The notes under the pieces: generated by a model
Databases searched by the model: none
Told to the model about the DNA's origin: nothing
The model's input: only the letters and a program-made list of their open reading frames with translations
Assembly: GCA_029256705.1 (NCBI GenBank)
Contig: JAQSXK010000007.1
Span: 4,606-68,605, forward strand
Length of the DNA stretch: 64,000 bases
DNA from: Clostridia bacterium
Lineage (GTDB): Bacteria > Bacillota > Clostridia > TANB77 > CAG-465
Direction of reading: 5' to 3'
Program-made: the position numbers and the translations under genes
Shown: positions 26,984 to 37,388 of the stretch, piece after piece
Position numbering within the stretch: the first letter of the stretch is position 1
How the letters are laid out: every line of letters begins with the position of its first letter

Positions 26984-28621
26984 TCAGATATATAGCTTTT
27001 CAAAATATTCAGACATCATACGTTTCGTATTGTAGTAATTGTCTACTGTGTAAATTGATTCGAACATCATCCTTTCCCATGCACTTTTATTATTCATGTA
27101 CATTGGTAATATTTCGTTATTTAAATAGTACATTAGAGATTGACAATCCCGTATATCACGTTCATTAGTATCTTGAATTTCATCGTGAATATGAATTTCA
27201 AAACCATTTATACCATGAAAACAAGCTTCTTTCCACCATCCATCTAAAGTGCTAAAATTTATACAACCATTAGCTGCAGCTTTCATGCCACTTGTTCCGG
27301 ATGCTTCTAAACCATTAGGAGTGTTTAACCAGATATCTGATCCACCTTCTAATTTTTTAGCAATATTAATATCATATCCTTCTATGAACACAATATTATT
27401 AGGATACTTACATGAAAGATCATAAATGTTTTGGATATATTTACGTCCAACATAATCATTTTTATGACACTTTCCTGCAAATACAAATTGAACATTAAAT
27501 GCTTTAATTACATAATCAAGTGCTTCAGGAATCTTTGCAAATAAATCCCAACGTTTGTAATCTGTAGCGCGGCGAGCAAAGCCTATGAGTAAGCTGTTTT
27601 CATCAAGTTTAACACCATTTTTATAATATATAAAATCTATGAGGTCTTTCTTGTGAAGAGAATGTAATTTACCTATTTCTTGTATATCGTTCTTCTTAAA
27701 TGCTTCTGCAATATCCTCATGTTGCCAAGTTGATAGATGTACTCCATTAGTTATAGGAAATATTTGTGGAACATCAGGTATATACTTCCAAAGTATATTA
27801 GCCGTTTCACTGTGAACTTTTGCAACAGCATTTACTTTGCCGGAAACATGAAGAGCAGCAACTGTCATACCATAAGGTTCCCCACCAATTTTTTCAAGCA
27901 TACGATACTCTAAACCACAATTAGCACTATAGCACATAAGGGTAGCAATATCATGTTTCTCATTTCCACTTGCAACATTTGTATGGGTAGTGAATCTAAC
28001 TGTTTTTTTAACCATATTTAGTGCATCGTTGAAAGATATGCCCCTATTAATATACTCATTAATTATACCGTGGACAGCAAAAATTGCATGACCATCATTA
28101 AAATGGTAGAAAGATATATCTTTGCCTAATGCCTGCAATGCATAAAGCCCACCAATTCCTAAAATAATCTCTTGACATATTCTTTCTTTTTCAGCTTGGT
28201 TTTCAAATTTTTCATTACCGCCATATAGATTGTATGTGAGATATCTGTAGTCATAGTTGCAATCTAGATCTGCATCTAGCATGTAGAGTTCACCATTATT
28301 AAATTTCCAAATCTTTAGCGTAAGATCAAAATCTTCAATTTTAACTGTTACAGTTTTACCGGTGTAAGTAACATAATTTTGCCAGTTATCATTTGAATTA
28401 GATACATCAATAACATTTCCATCTTTAATTTCTTGCTTATTGTAACCATTCTTCCATAGTATAGATATAAATGTTATTGGACGTTTCTCATCCGTTGCCT
28501 GTTTGAAATAGTCTCCGGCCAGCACACCTAGTCCACCAGAATAGGTCCGGAAATCTTTACAATAATCATTTGATATTAATGTAGGCGCAATTTCCATAGT
28601 AAAATATGCAATATTCCCCAT
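26984..28621 (-). CDS. alpha-glucan (glycogen/maltodextrin) phosphorylase family protein, short GT35 type
   Basis: 'EASGTSGMKAAANG' is the PLP-site signature of GT35 phosphorylases. A GGAGG RBS precedes an ATG at 28621. Confidence 0.75.
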   Translation of the reverse strand: MGNIAYFTMEIAPTLISNDYCKDFRTYSGGLGVLAGDYFKQATDEKRPITFISILWKNGYNKQEIKDGNVIDVSNSNDNWQNYVTYTGKTVTVKIEDFDLTLKIWKFNNGELYMLDADLDCNYDYRYLTYNLYGGNEKFENQAEKERICQEIILGIGGLYALQALGKDISFYHFNDGHAIFAVHGIINEYINRGISFNDALNMVKKTVRFTTHTNVASGNEKHDIATLMCYSANCGLEYRMLEKIGGEPYGMTVAALHVSGKVNAVAKVHSETANILWKYIPDVPQIFPITNGVHLSTWQHEDIAEAFKKNDIQEIGKLHSLHKKDLIDFIYYKNGVKLDENSLLIGFARRATDYKRWDLFAKIPEALDYVIKAFNVQFVFAGKCHKNDYVGRKYIQNIYDLSCKYPNNIVFIEGYDINIAKKLEGGSDIWLNTPNGLEASGTSGMKAAANGCINFSTLDGWWKEACFHGINGFEIHIHDEIQDTNERDIRDCQSLMYYLNNEILPMYMNNKSAWERMMFESIYTVDNYYNTKRMMSEYFEKLYI

Positions 28622-28779
28622 AATATACTCCTCCTTTAAATTATTAGTAGGATTAAAAATATTTTTCATATATTATATTAACACACATTGCAAAACTTGT
28701 CAACATTTGTCGTTAATAAATGAATTTATTAAATTTGACAAATATGTTATAATATAATTTATATATTTAGGAGTAGAGT

Positions 28780-29676
28780 ATGGATAATATATTAGAAAAA
28801 TGTGAGGTATGTCCACATAAATGTAAAACAAATAGAACAAAAAGTATGATTTCAAGATGTAAAGCTACAGATAAAATAAAAATAGCTCTTGCATCAATTC
28901 ACAATCACGAAGAACCATGCATAAGTGGAACAAAAGGTTCGGGTACTATATTTTTTTCTAATTGTAATTTGAATTGTATATACTGCCAAAATTATGAGAT
29001 TAGTCAAGAAGGCTATGGAAAAGAAATTACGATAGAACATTTAGCAGATATTTTCATATCTCAGCAAAATAAAGGAGCTCATAATATTAATTTAGTATCG
29101 CCTACAATATATTCAATTCAAATTTTAGAAGCAATTAAAATTGCTAAAAGTAAAGGGTTAACTATACCTATTATATATAATACAAGTGGATATGATTCAG
29201 TAGAAACATTAAAATTATTAGAAGGATATATAGATGTGTATTTGCCAGATTTTAAATATTCTAATAATGAAATTGCCTATAAATATTCAAAAATTAATAA
29301 GTATTTTGATGTTATAAAGGATTCTATTGTTGAAATGTATAGGCAGGTTGGAAATCCAGTTTTTGATGAAAATGGAATTATACAAAAAGGTATTATAATA
29401 AGACATATGATATTACCAAATAATTTAAAGAATACAAAAGGAGTTTTAGATAATATATATAATATGTTTGGAAATAAAATATATATAAGTATAATGGCTC
29501 AATATTTTCCTACGCATCTTGCTAAACAAACTAATGATTTAAATAGGAAAATAACTAGAAAAGAATTGATATCTATAGAAGATTATATGTTTAAATTGGA
29601 TTTTGAAAATGGTTATATTCAAGAATTGGGAAAACATGAAGAAGAGTATGTTCCTATATTTGATTTAAGTGAATAA
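28780..29676 (+). CDS. radical SAM protein, PflX-like (activating-enzyme family)
   Basis: The 'CNLNCIYCQN' motif (CxxxCxxC) follows an N-terminal Cys cluster CEVCPHKC; 298 aa. Confidence 0.65.
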   Translation: MDNILEKCEVCPHKCKTNRTKSMISRCKATDKIKIALASIHNHEEPCISGTKGSGTIFFSNCNLNCIYCQNYEISQEGYGKEITIEHLADIFISQQNKGAHNINLVSPTIYSIQILEAIKIAKSKGLTIPIIYNTSGYDSVETLKLLEGYIDVYLPDFKYSNNEIAYKYSKINKYFDVIKDSIVEMYRQVGNPVFDENGIIQKGIIIRHMILPNNLKNTKGVLDNIYNMFGNKIYISIMAQYFPTHLAKQTNDLNRKITRKELISIEDYMFKLDFENGYIQELGKHEEEYVPIFDLSE

Positions 29677-29684
29677 AAATAAAT

Positions 29685-29720
29685 AGAAGAAGATGTAATA
29701 GTTTTTTACATCTTCTTTTT
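29685..29720. terminator. bidirectional terminator
   Basis: AGAAGAAGATGTAA-tagtttt-TTACATCTTCTTTTT. Confidence 0.65.
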
Positions 29721-29724
29721 AAAA

Positions 29725-29970
29725 TTATTTCGAAATTGCGTTTTTAACTTGTTCTATATCTGCTTCTCCAGCTGGTGCAGCAGGAATATAGTAACCTTTT
29801 TCTTTTGCAATTGCATATGTATCCCATTTTAAATTATCCAGTTTGTTTCTAGACTCTATTAAAGTTTGTCTGAATTGTTCGTTATCACTATGTTCTATTG
29901 CATGATTAATCATAGTAATTGACATGTTTAGGCAGCTTAAAACATCACCTACAGCAAGTTTCTCATTCAT
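29725..29970 (-). CDS. Coat F-domain small spore coat protein
   Basis: 81 aa whose 'NHAIEHSDNEQFRQTL...WDTYAIAKEKGYY' pattern matches CotF; AGGAGG RBS. Confidence 0.5.
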   Translation of the reverse strand: MNEKLAVGDVLSCLNMSITMINHAIEHSDNEQFRQTLIESRNKLDNLKWDTYAIAKEKGYYIPAAPAGEADIEQVKNAISK

Positions 29971-29971
29971 A

Positions 29972-30163
29972 TTACATACCTCCTAAAAGATTTGAAAGTT
30001 GTGTTTTTAGGTTATTAAAACCATCACAAACATCTTCGAAATTTTTCACTACACTTTGATCAGAAGTTAGTGTTTTGTAATAAGTAATCTTATCACAAGC
30101 AGCAGTAGAAGCAAAAGCTAGATGTCTAATGTTTTGAATTTCTAATTGATTTAAAGAATTCAT
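29972..30163 (-). CDS. small helical protein, DUF1657-like (spoVA-associated)
   Basis: 63 aa with an AGGAGG RBS, immediately downstream of spoVAE. Confidence 0.35.
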   Translation of the reverse strand: MNSLNQLEIQNIRHLAFASTAACDKITYYKTLTSDQSVVKNFEDVCDGFNNLKTQLSNLLGGM

Positions 30164-30236
30164 AATAATACCTCCTAAAATTAGATACATATATATTATT
30201 AGTAAATCATATTTTTTTATACTTGAAAAATAAAAA

Positions 30237-30596
30237 TTATTTGATTTTGGGTTTTGCAAAAAGTGCAGCTAGGTATCCAAAAGCTATAGCGGCTGCTATA
30301 CCTGCTGAAGTAGCTTTAACTCCACCCGTAAATATACCAATAAATCCTTTATCTTTAACTTCCTCTATAACACCATTTGCTAAAGCATAACCAAAACCAG
30401 ATATAGGAACTGTTGCACCAGCTTTACCATAATCTACGAGGGGTTTGTAGACTCCAATAGCAGTGAATATAACACCAAGTGTTACAAAAATAACCAATAT
30501 TCTAGCAGGAGTTAATTTAGTTTTATCTATTAAAATTTGACCGATTGAACATATTATACCGCCAGTTATAAAAACTTTTAAATATTCTATAATCAT
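30237..30596 (-). CDS. spoVAE: stage V sporulation protein AE (SpoVAEb)
   Basis: 119-aa membrane protein with 'PISGFGYALANGVIEEVKDKGFIGIFTGG'. Confidence 0.8.
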   Translation of the reverse strand: MIIEYLKVFITGGIICSIGQILIDKTKLTPARILVIFVTLGVIFTAIGVYKPLVDYGKAGATVPISGFGYALANGVIEEVKDKGFIGIFTGGVKATSAGIAAAIAFGYLAALFAKPKIK

Positions 30597-30600
30597 GTAA

Positions 30601-31626
30601 TTACACCTCGTTTTCTATTGCTGCAGCATGAGCAATTGATGGAATAGATTCACCCTGACCAATAGAAATGGGACTCATTAATGCTCCAGTTGCAACTATT
30701 AAAACTCTATTTAATCTTTTTTCTTTTAGTTCCTGGTAAAAATATCCAGAAAATACTGATGCCATACAAGCACAACCGCTTCCGCCAGCATTCATATCTC
30801 TTTTAGTTAAGTCATATATTTCTTTGCCACAATCCCTGTGTACTTTAGAAATATCTACTCCATAATCTTTGCATAAATCTATTAAAATATCTGTACCTTC
30901 TACACCTAAATCCCCAGTAATTATTGCATCGTAATATTCAGGCTTTCTTTCAGTATCTTTAAGATGTGTTATGATAGTATCAAATGCAGCAGGGGCCATA
31001 GCAGCTCCCATATTATTCATATCTTTAATTCCCATATCTACTATTTTTCCTGGTGTAACATAAGTTACAACTGGAACTTTTTTTTCAAAAGTATGTGGTA
31101 CTAATAAAGCGGCTCCACAACCTGTCACAGTTGATTGAGCAGTGGGAGGTTTTTGATTGCCATGTTCTAGGGGCATTCTAAATTGTCTTTCTGCACTACA
31201 AAAATGTGAAGAAGCAGAAGCTATTACTTTAGTTCCATATCCTGCGTTTATAAAGAGTGAAGATAAAATTATGGATTCAACAAATGTTGAACATGCACCA
31301 TATAAACCAAAAAAAGGTATATTTAAATCTCTTATACAATATCCTGAAGCTATGCATTGGTTTAATAAGTCACCTGCAAATATATAATCTATATTATCAT
31401 TTTGTAAATTTAGTTTGTAAAGCAAATTATCTATTGCAGCTTTCATATATTTACTTTCAGCTTTTTCAAAAGTTTTTTCACCATAGAATACATCACTACA
31501 TTTAATATCAAAATATATACCAAGTGGACCATCACTCTCTTTTGGACCAACTGCAGCTGAAGTTTCCAAAATTTTAGGAGTACTTTCTAATTTTAATGTT
31601 TGTTTACCAATTTTCATCCTTATCAC
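30601..31626 (-). CDS. spoVAD: stage V sporulation protein AD
   Basis: 341 aa with a thiolase-like fold, placed between spoVAC and spoVAE. Confidence 0.8.
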   Translation of the reverse strand: MIRMKIGKQTLKLESTPKILETSAAVGPKESDGPLGIYFDIKCSDVFYGEKTFEKAESKYMKAAIDNLLYKLNLQNDNIDYIFAGDLLNQCIASGYCIRDLNIPFFGLYGACSTFVESIILSSLFINAGYGTKVIASASSHFCSAERQFRMPLEHGNQKPPTAQSTVTGCGAALLVPHTFEKKVPVVTYVTPGKIVDMGIKDMNNMGAAMAPAAFDTIITHLKDTERKPEYYDAIITGDLGVEGTDILIDLCKDYGVDISKVHRDCGKEIYDLTKRDMNAGGSGCACMASVFSGYFYQELKEKRLNRVLIVATGALMSPISIGQGESIPSIAHAAAIENEV

Positions 31627-31627
31627 C

Positions 31628-32089
31628 TCATCTTACTAATAACATTAGCCAATATACGAAACCTACAATAACTGAAGTGAGTATACCGTATACTAAAACA
31701 GGACCTGCAATTTTAAACATATTTGCTCCAAGCCCAAGTACAAATCCCTCTGACTTATATTCGATAGCAGGTGCAACAATAGAATTTGAAAAACCAGTGA
31801 TAGGTACAACAGATCCAGCACCCGCATATTTACCAATTTTAGAATATAAATTTACAGCAGTTAAAAAAGCACCTAAAAATATAAGTGAAATTGTAGAAAT
31901 TATAATTGCATCTTTACTTTCTATTCCATAATTGATACATAGATTAGTTATTATTTGTCCTATTACACAAATTAATCCACCAGAAATAAATGCAAGAAAT
32001 ATATTTTTTATTATTGGACTTTTTGCAGATTTACTTTCAACATACTCAGAATATTCTTTAACCGTCATTTTTATTTTATCGTTTTCCAT
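31628..32089 (-). CDS. spoVAC: stage V sporulation protein AC
   Basis: 153-aa membrane protein with 'NIFLAFISGGLICVIGQ' and 'PITGFSNSIVAPAIEYKSEG'. Confidence 0.8.
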   Translation of the reverse strand: MENDKIKMTVKEYSEYVESKSAKSPIIKNIFLAFISGGLICVIGQIITNLCINYGIESKDAIIISTISLIFLGAFLTAVNLYSKIGKYAGAGSVVPITGFSNSIVAPAIEYKSEGFVLGLGANMFKIAGPVLVYGILTSVIVGFVYWLMLLVR

Positions 32090-32331
32090 AAAATCACCTG
32101 TTAATATTATTAGATGAAAAAAATTTTTTATACTAACTTTTAAATTATGATTTTTTAAAAAATAAATCGACTAATTTTTCATTTTATTCTTTAAAATGTA
32201 TATATATTATCCAAATTTTATTAAAAATCTTGCATTTGCAATAAAAATGTAATATAATTGTAACATAAATAATCATATCGTTGAAAGGTGGTGGATTTTC
32301 TAATTTTAATTAATTAAGATTAGAATGTATT

Positions 32332-33348
32332 ATGACATTTGGACAAGATATAGCAATAGATTTAGGAACTGCAACAATACTGGTATACGTTAAAGGCAAA
32401 GGAATCGTACTTAGAGAACCATCTGTAGTTGCAATAGATAAAAATACAAATGAAGTTTTAGCTGTAGGTTCAGAAGCAAGAAAAATGCTAGGAAGAACAC
32501 CAGGTAATATAGTAGCAATTAGACCACTAAAAGACGGAGTTATTTCGGATTATACAATAACAGAAAAAATGCTTAAGTACTTTATAAATAAAGTATGTGG
32601 CAAATTTGTATTTGCACCAAAAGTTATGATTTGTGTACCATCTTGTGTAACTGAAGTTGAAAAAAAAGCTGTAATAGATGCAGCTAGTCATGCAGGAGCA
32701 AAAAAAGTATATCTAATAGAAGAACCAATTGCAGCAGCAATTGGAGCAGGGATAGATATAACAAAAGCATACGGTAGCATGATACTAGATATAGGAGGAG
32801 GAACCTCAGATATAGCGGTTATATCACTTGGTGGCGCCGTAAAAAGTAGAACAATAAAATTAGCTGGAGACAAATTTGATGAAGCAATAATGAGGTATGT
32901 AAAGAAAAATAGAAACTTAATTATTGGTGAAAGAACAGCAGAAGATATAAAAATAAATGTAGGATGCATGTATCCTAAAACAACAATTGAAAAAATGGAG
33001 ATAAAAGGTAGAGATGTAACTACTGGATTACCAACAGAAATAGAAATAACATCTGAAGAAACATTAGAAGCATTAAAAGATGCTGCAGAAGAAATAGTTG
33101 AATGTGTACATGGTGTACTAGAAGAAACTCCACCTGAATTACTTGGTGATATAACAGCAAGAGGAATATATATAACTGGTGGCGGTGGTTTAGTATATGG
33201 ATTAGATAAGTTAATTGCTGAAAGAACAGGAATACCGGTTATGATAGCTGAAGATCCTATTTCATGTGTTGCAATGGGAACTGGTAAAGCATTAAATCAT
33301 ATTGAATTACTTGAAACTGGTAATGCGATCAAGATAAAGAAATTTTAA
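32332..33348 (+). CDS. mreB: rod shape-determining protein MreB/Mbl family
   Basis: 'IAIDLGTATILVYVKGKGIVLREPSVVA' matches actin-like MreB throughout. Confidence 0.85.
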   Translation: MTFGQDIAIDLGTATILVYVKGKGIVLREPSVVAIDKNTNEVLAVGSEARKMLGRTPGNIVAIRPLKDGVISDYTITEKMLKYFINKVCGKFVFAPKVMICVPSCVTEVEKKAVIDAASHAGAKKVYLIEEPIAAAIGAGIDITKAYGSMILDIGGGTSDIAVISLGGAVKSRTIKLAGDKFDEAIMRYVKKNRNLIIGERTAEDIKINVGCMYPKTTIEKMEIKGRDVTTGLPTEIEITSEETLEALKDAAEEIVECVHGVLEETPPELLGDITARGIYITGGGGLVYGLDKLIAERTGIPVMIAEDPISCVAMGTGKALNHIELLETGNAIKIKKF

Positions 33349-33577
33349 TGTATTAAATATAAAATAATACATTTAATTAAAAAGATTTACATATAAAATT
33401 TTATAAATGAGTGCAGCATAAATCTGATAAAATATTCAGTAGTTTTGCTGCATTATCTATATCTATAGATAGAAAAATGTATATTTTAAAGTTGCATGTA
33501 TAACAATTTAATAATTTAATATATAATCAATATTATTGGTATAATTAAAATAAAATTGTTTTAAGTAAGGAGGAAAT

Positions 33578-34267
33578 ATGATAAATAGTATAGAAATATA
33601 TTTTTTATTATTTTTAATATATTCTTTCATAGGATGGGGTATGGAAGTAATAGCTGATTTAATAAGAACAAAGAAGTTTGTTAATAGAGGGTTTTTAATA
33701 GGTCCATGCTGCCCGATATATGGGGTAGGCGTTATTTTAATAACGTTTTTATTGGAAAGATATAAAACAGATACTGTTATTACTTTTGTTTTAACTATAT
33801 TGCTTTGTGGTACTTTAGAATATATTACAAGTTACTTAATGGAAAAGTTATTTAATGCAAGATGGTGGGACTATAGTAATCACAAATTTAATATTAATGG
33901 AAGGATTAGTTTAGCAATACTACTTTTCTTTGGTATAGGTGGATGTTTTGTAATATATGTGCTTAATCCAATAATGTTAAATTATTTATGTCTAATACCT
34001 GGTTTCGTTTTGAATATAATATCTATTATAGCGCTTATTGCAATAATAATTGATACTATAGTTTCGTTTGAAATAATATTAGATTTTAAAAGCGCAACAG
34101 TACAATTTAAAGATAGCACAGAGGAGATTTCTAGAAAGGTAAAAGAAATAATAAGTCAAAAATCAGCTGCAGGAAAAAGATTAATTGATGCTTTTCCAGA
34201 TCTTGAAATGATAAAAACAACAATAAAAAATAAAATTCAAGAAGGTAAAGAGGCAATGAAAAAATAA
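33578..34267 (+). CDS. multi-pass membrane protein (GW..E motif; possibly PF06541-like)
   Basis: 229 aa, six or more hydrophobic helices; 'YSFIGWGMEV'. Confidence 0.4.
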   Translation: MINSIEIYFLLFLIYSFIGWGMEVIADLIRTKKFVNRGFLIGPCCPIYGVGVILITFLLERYKTDTVITFVLTILLCGTLEYITSYLMEKLFNARWWDYSNHKFNINGRISLAILLFFGIGGCFVIYVLNPIMLNYLCLIPGFVLNIISIIALIAIIIDTIVSFEIILDFKSATVQFKDSTEEISRKVKEIISQKSAAGKRLIDAFPDLEMIKTTIKNKIQEGKEAMKK

Positions 34268-34323
34268 TAGAAAAATTATAATGAAGTATAATATAGAAAG
34301 TAGAAGTAAAGGGGAATATTAAT

Positions 34324-34785
34324 TTGGTAGAAATAAGAAGTTTTTATGATTATATTGAAGAATTAGAAAGTGTACAGGAAGTTCATAAGATGAAGAACTA
34401 TGTTCAGCATGGTAAATCAAGTACATATTCTCATTGTAAAATAGTGGCATATTATAGTTATTGTTTGGCAATAAAAATAAATTTGAAATTAGATTATGCA
34501 AGTCTTGTTAAAGGTGCATTTTTACATGATTTTTATTTATATGATTGGCATATAAAAAATGATGGTCATAATTTACATGCTTTTACTCATCCTAAAAAAG
34601 CAGTTGAAAATGCATCAAAAAATTTCCAACTTAATTCAAAAGAAATAAATATAATTGAAAGTCATATGTGGCCACTTACAATAAATAAGATTCCAAAATC
34701 TAAAGAGGCAATTATTGTGTGTATTGTGGATAAATTTTGCGCAATAATTGAGGCGGTAAAAATAAGAAATGAATTAACCTTTTAA
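34324..34785 (+). CDS. HD-domain phosphohydrolase
   Basis: 'HCKIVAYYS...FLHDFYLYD' HD signature; TTG start after AAAGGGG. Confidence 0.65.
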   Translation: MVEIRSFYDYIEELESVQEVHKMKNYVQHGKSSTYSHCKIVAYYSYCLAIKINLKLDYASLVKGAFLHDFYLYDWHIKNDGHNLHAFTHPKKAVENASKNFQLNSKEINIIESHMWPLTINKIPKSKEAIIVCIVDKFCAIIEAVKIRNELTF

Positions 34786-34892
34786 AAATAGTTTAATTTA
34801 CATAATATTTGACAATTTGTTTTGAATATGATATAATATAATCGAAAAGTTAGTTGGTTATACTTTATCACATTATTATGGAGGTATTATAA

Positions 34893-35195
34893 ATGGAAGA
34901 TATGTTTTTTCCGAAAGATGTTAATATTTCAAATGGATTAATGGGTAGTAAATTGAGGCGGAGTGAATTTGAAACGATAGCAAGAAATCTTGTTATTGTA
35001 AGTAGAGTCAAAAATGAATGGCTTGAGAATTTTACTTTAGCTGAATACAAAAAAAGATGTTCACACACTGTCTCTGATAGAGAAATCGTGGAATTGAATT
35101 CTATGGTCGATGAAGGTTTCTTAAAAATAAAGGATGGAACGTATATGTTCACAACTAAAATGTTTGAGGTATACAGAGATTTTATAAAAAAATGA
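34893..35195 (+). CDS. hypothetical protein
   Basis: 100 aa; a TTGACA-17-TATAAT promoter lies at about 34812-34840 and a GGAGG RBS precedes it. The minus-strand ORF overlapping it has no signals. Confidence 0.5.
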   Translation: MEDMFFPKDVNISNGLMGSKLRRSEFETIARNLVIVSRVKNEWLENFTLAEYKKRCSHTVSDREIVELNSMVDEGFLKIKDGTYMFTTKMFEVYRDFIKK

Positions 35196-35345
35196 TAAAT
35201 GGACAATTCTGCAAATTATATTGCAGGATTGTTTTTTATTTAAAATATTTCCTTTAAGAAGAAAAAACTTAAAATATTTTTTATTTCTTTATTGTATTAT
35301 CATTGTATAGGTGATATAATAAATTCAGTTAATGGAGGTTAGTTT

Positions 35346-35810
35346 ATGAGTAATAATGTTGAAGAAAGAAACGAAAAATATATTGAAAATTTAATGAGTA
35401 AAAAAAGTACAAAAAATGTAAATGATATTCATGATAAAACACTTGGTTTTGGAGATAAAATAGCAGATAAAATTGCTGAAGTCGCAGGTAGTTGGCCGTT
35501 TATAATTTGTTTTATATTATTTATAGTTTTATGGATTGGGTTAAATGTATCACAATTATTTTTCCGTTTTGATGAGTATCCTTTTATATTACTTAATCTT
35601 GCTCTATCTTGTGTAGCAGCTTTACAAGCTCCTATAATTATGATGAGTCAAAATCGTCAAGAAGAAAAAGATAGAATAAGAAGCGAACAAGATTATCAAA
35701 CTGATGTTAAGGCTGAAGTTTTAATTGAGGAAATATTAAAACATACTAAAAAGATTGAACAAATTGAAAAGAAACAAAATGATATTTTAGAATATTTAAA
35801 AAACAAATAA
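35346..35810 (+). CDS. DUF1003 membrane protein
   Basis: 'WPFIICFILFIVLWIGLN...QAPIIMMSQNRQEEKDR' is typical of DUF1003. Confidence 0.6.
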   Translation: MSNNVEERNEKYIENLMSKKSTKNVNDIHDKTLGFGDKIADKIAEVAGSWPFIICFILFIVLWIGLNVSQLFFRFDEYPFILLNLALSCVAALQAPIIMMSQNRQEEKDRIRSEQDYQTDVKAEVLIEEILKHTKKIEQIEKKQNDILEYLKNK

Positions 35811-35832
35811 GATGAAAAGAGGAGAGATATTT

Positions 35833-36312
35833 ATGAAAACTGCTGTAGTGTATTATTCATTAGAAGGAAATACAAAGAAGATTGCAAATCAGATATCTGT
35901 TAAATTAAATGCAGATATCTATGAATTAAAAGAGATTAAATGCAAGGTTCCTAAAGAAGGTTTTTCAAAATTTTTTTGGGGAGGAAAACAAGTTTTTATG
36001 AAGGAAACCCCAGATTTAGAAAAATTAAATTTTAATGTTGATGAATATGACTGCATTTTTATTGGAACACCAGTATGGTCATTTACTTATTCACCAGCTA
36101 TCAGAAGCTTTTTTAAAAAATATACTTTGAAGGGGAAGAAGATTGGTATTTTTTGTTCACATAGTGGGGGACTTAAAAATACTATTCAAAACATGAAAGA
36201 CCAATTGGTTGGAAATGAGTTTATAGCTGAAATTGATGTAATAGACCCAATTAAAAATGATGTTGAATCTACTAAAAAAATAGAGCAATGGTTAAGCAAT
36301 ATAAATATATAA
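35833..36312 (+). CDS. flavodoxin-family protein
   Basis: 'MKTAVVYYSLEGNTKKIANQI' flavodoxin N-terminus; AGAGGAGAG RBS. Confidence 0.75.
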   Translation: MKTAVVYYSLEGNTKKIANQISVKLNADIYELKEIKCKVPKEGFSKFFWGGKQVFMKETPDLEKLNFNVDEYDCIFIGTPVWSFTYSPAIRSFFKKYTLKGKKIGIFCSHSGGLKNTIQNMKDQLVGNEFIAEIDVIDPIKNDVESTKKIEQWLSNINI

Positions 36313-36442
36313 AATTATAACGAAATTAGTATTATGTAATAACATTCCAAAAGAAGCAAAAAACTTAAAAAGTTTTTGCTTTTTTGTTGTATTGTTGAGT
36401 TATAGATGGTATAATAATACCAAAATAATGGAGGTTGTACAA

Positions 36443-37387
36443 ATGATAGAAGTATTAAAAACAAACACAGTGACAGGCAAATTAGAAAACGTTTCAAGTA
36501 TAACAAAAGGTGTATGGATAAATATAGTTGATCCTTCATCTGATGAGATACAAAGCATAGCTCATAAATTGAATTTAGCAGAAAATTTACTTAGATATCC
36601 ACTAGATATTGCTGAAAAAGCCCATATTGATACTGATGAAGAAAATGTTCTTATTGCAATAGATGTGCCAATAACTGAGTACAAAGGTACTAAAAAAGTA
36701 TATTCTACAATACCACTTGGAATGATACTTGTAAGAGATGATTATTTTGTAACAATATCTCAAAGTAGAATTGATGTTATTAATGAAGTTTTAACTTCAG
36801 TGAAAATGTTTGATATATATACAGACAAAAAATCTAGATTAGTGTTTCAAATATTATATAAAGTTGCTTCGGATTATATTAGATATATAGGTTATATAAG
36901 TAAAGATATTGATTCATTTGAAAAGAGCATGCATAAAGCTATGAAAAATGACGAATTATTATCTTTATTAGATTTTGAAAAAACTATGATATATTTTAAT
37001 GCATCTATTAAAGCAAACCAAACAGTTCTGCAAAAAATAAATAGAGGAAAGTATATTAAATTATATGAAGAAGATGAAGACATACTTGATGATACAATAA
37101 TTGAGAACACACAGGCTATGGAAATGGTTCAGACTTACAGTGAAATACTTAATGGGATAATAGATATATTTGGTACTATAGTATCTAATAATCTAAATAC
37201 AGTAATGAAATTTTTAACTTCAATAACTATTATTATAGCAATACCAACCATGATTTCAAGTTTCATTGGTATGAACGTAGAATTTCCATTTAATACTACT
37301 ACAATAGGTTTTTATACTGTAATGGGAATAGCAATTTTGTCTACAATAATAGCTACTCTATGGTTTAAAAAGAAGGATATGTTATAG
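36443..37387 (+). CDS. corA: CorA-family magnesium/cobalt transporter
   Basis: Two C-terminal TM helices with the 'GMN' signature (FIGMNVEFP). Confidence 0.8.
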   Translation: MIEVLKTNTVTGKLENVSSITKGVWINIVDPSSDEIQSIAHKLNLAENLLRYPLDIAEKAHIDTDEENVLIAIDVPITEYKGTKKVYSTIPLGMILVRDDYFVTISQSRIDVINEVLTSVKMFDIYTDKKSRLVFQILYKVASDYIRYIGYISKDIDSFEKSMHKAMKNDELLSLLDFEKTMIYFNASIKANQTVLQKINRGKYIKLYEEDEDILDDTIIENTQAMEMVQTYSEILNGIIDIFGTIVSNNLNTVMKFLTSITIIIAIPTMISSFIGMNVEFPFNTTTIGFYTVMGIAILSTIIATLWFKKKDML

Positions 37388-37388
37388 A

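Noticed and set aside
31157-32117. Plus-strand ORFs overlapping spoVAD/spoVAC (31157-31387, 31257-31505, 31596-31931, 31932-32117).
   Set aside because: The spoVAC/AD/AE proteins on the minus strand are unambiguous, so these are shadow ORFs.
34868-35206. Minus-strand 112-aa ORF overlapping the plus-strand 100-aa ORF 34893-35195.
   Set aside because: The plus-strand ORF has a TTGACA-17-TATAAT promoter and a GGAGG RBS, whereas the minus ORF has neither. Only one can be real.
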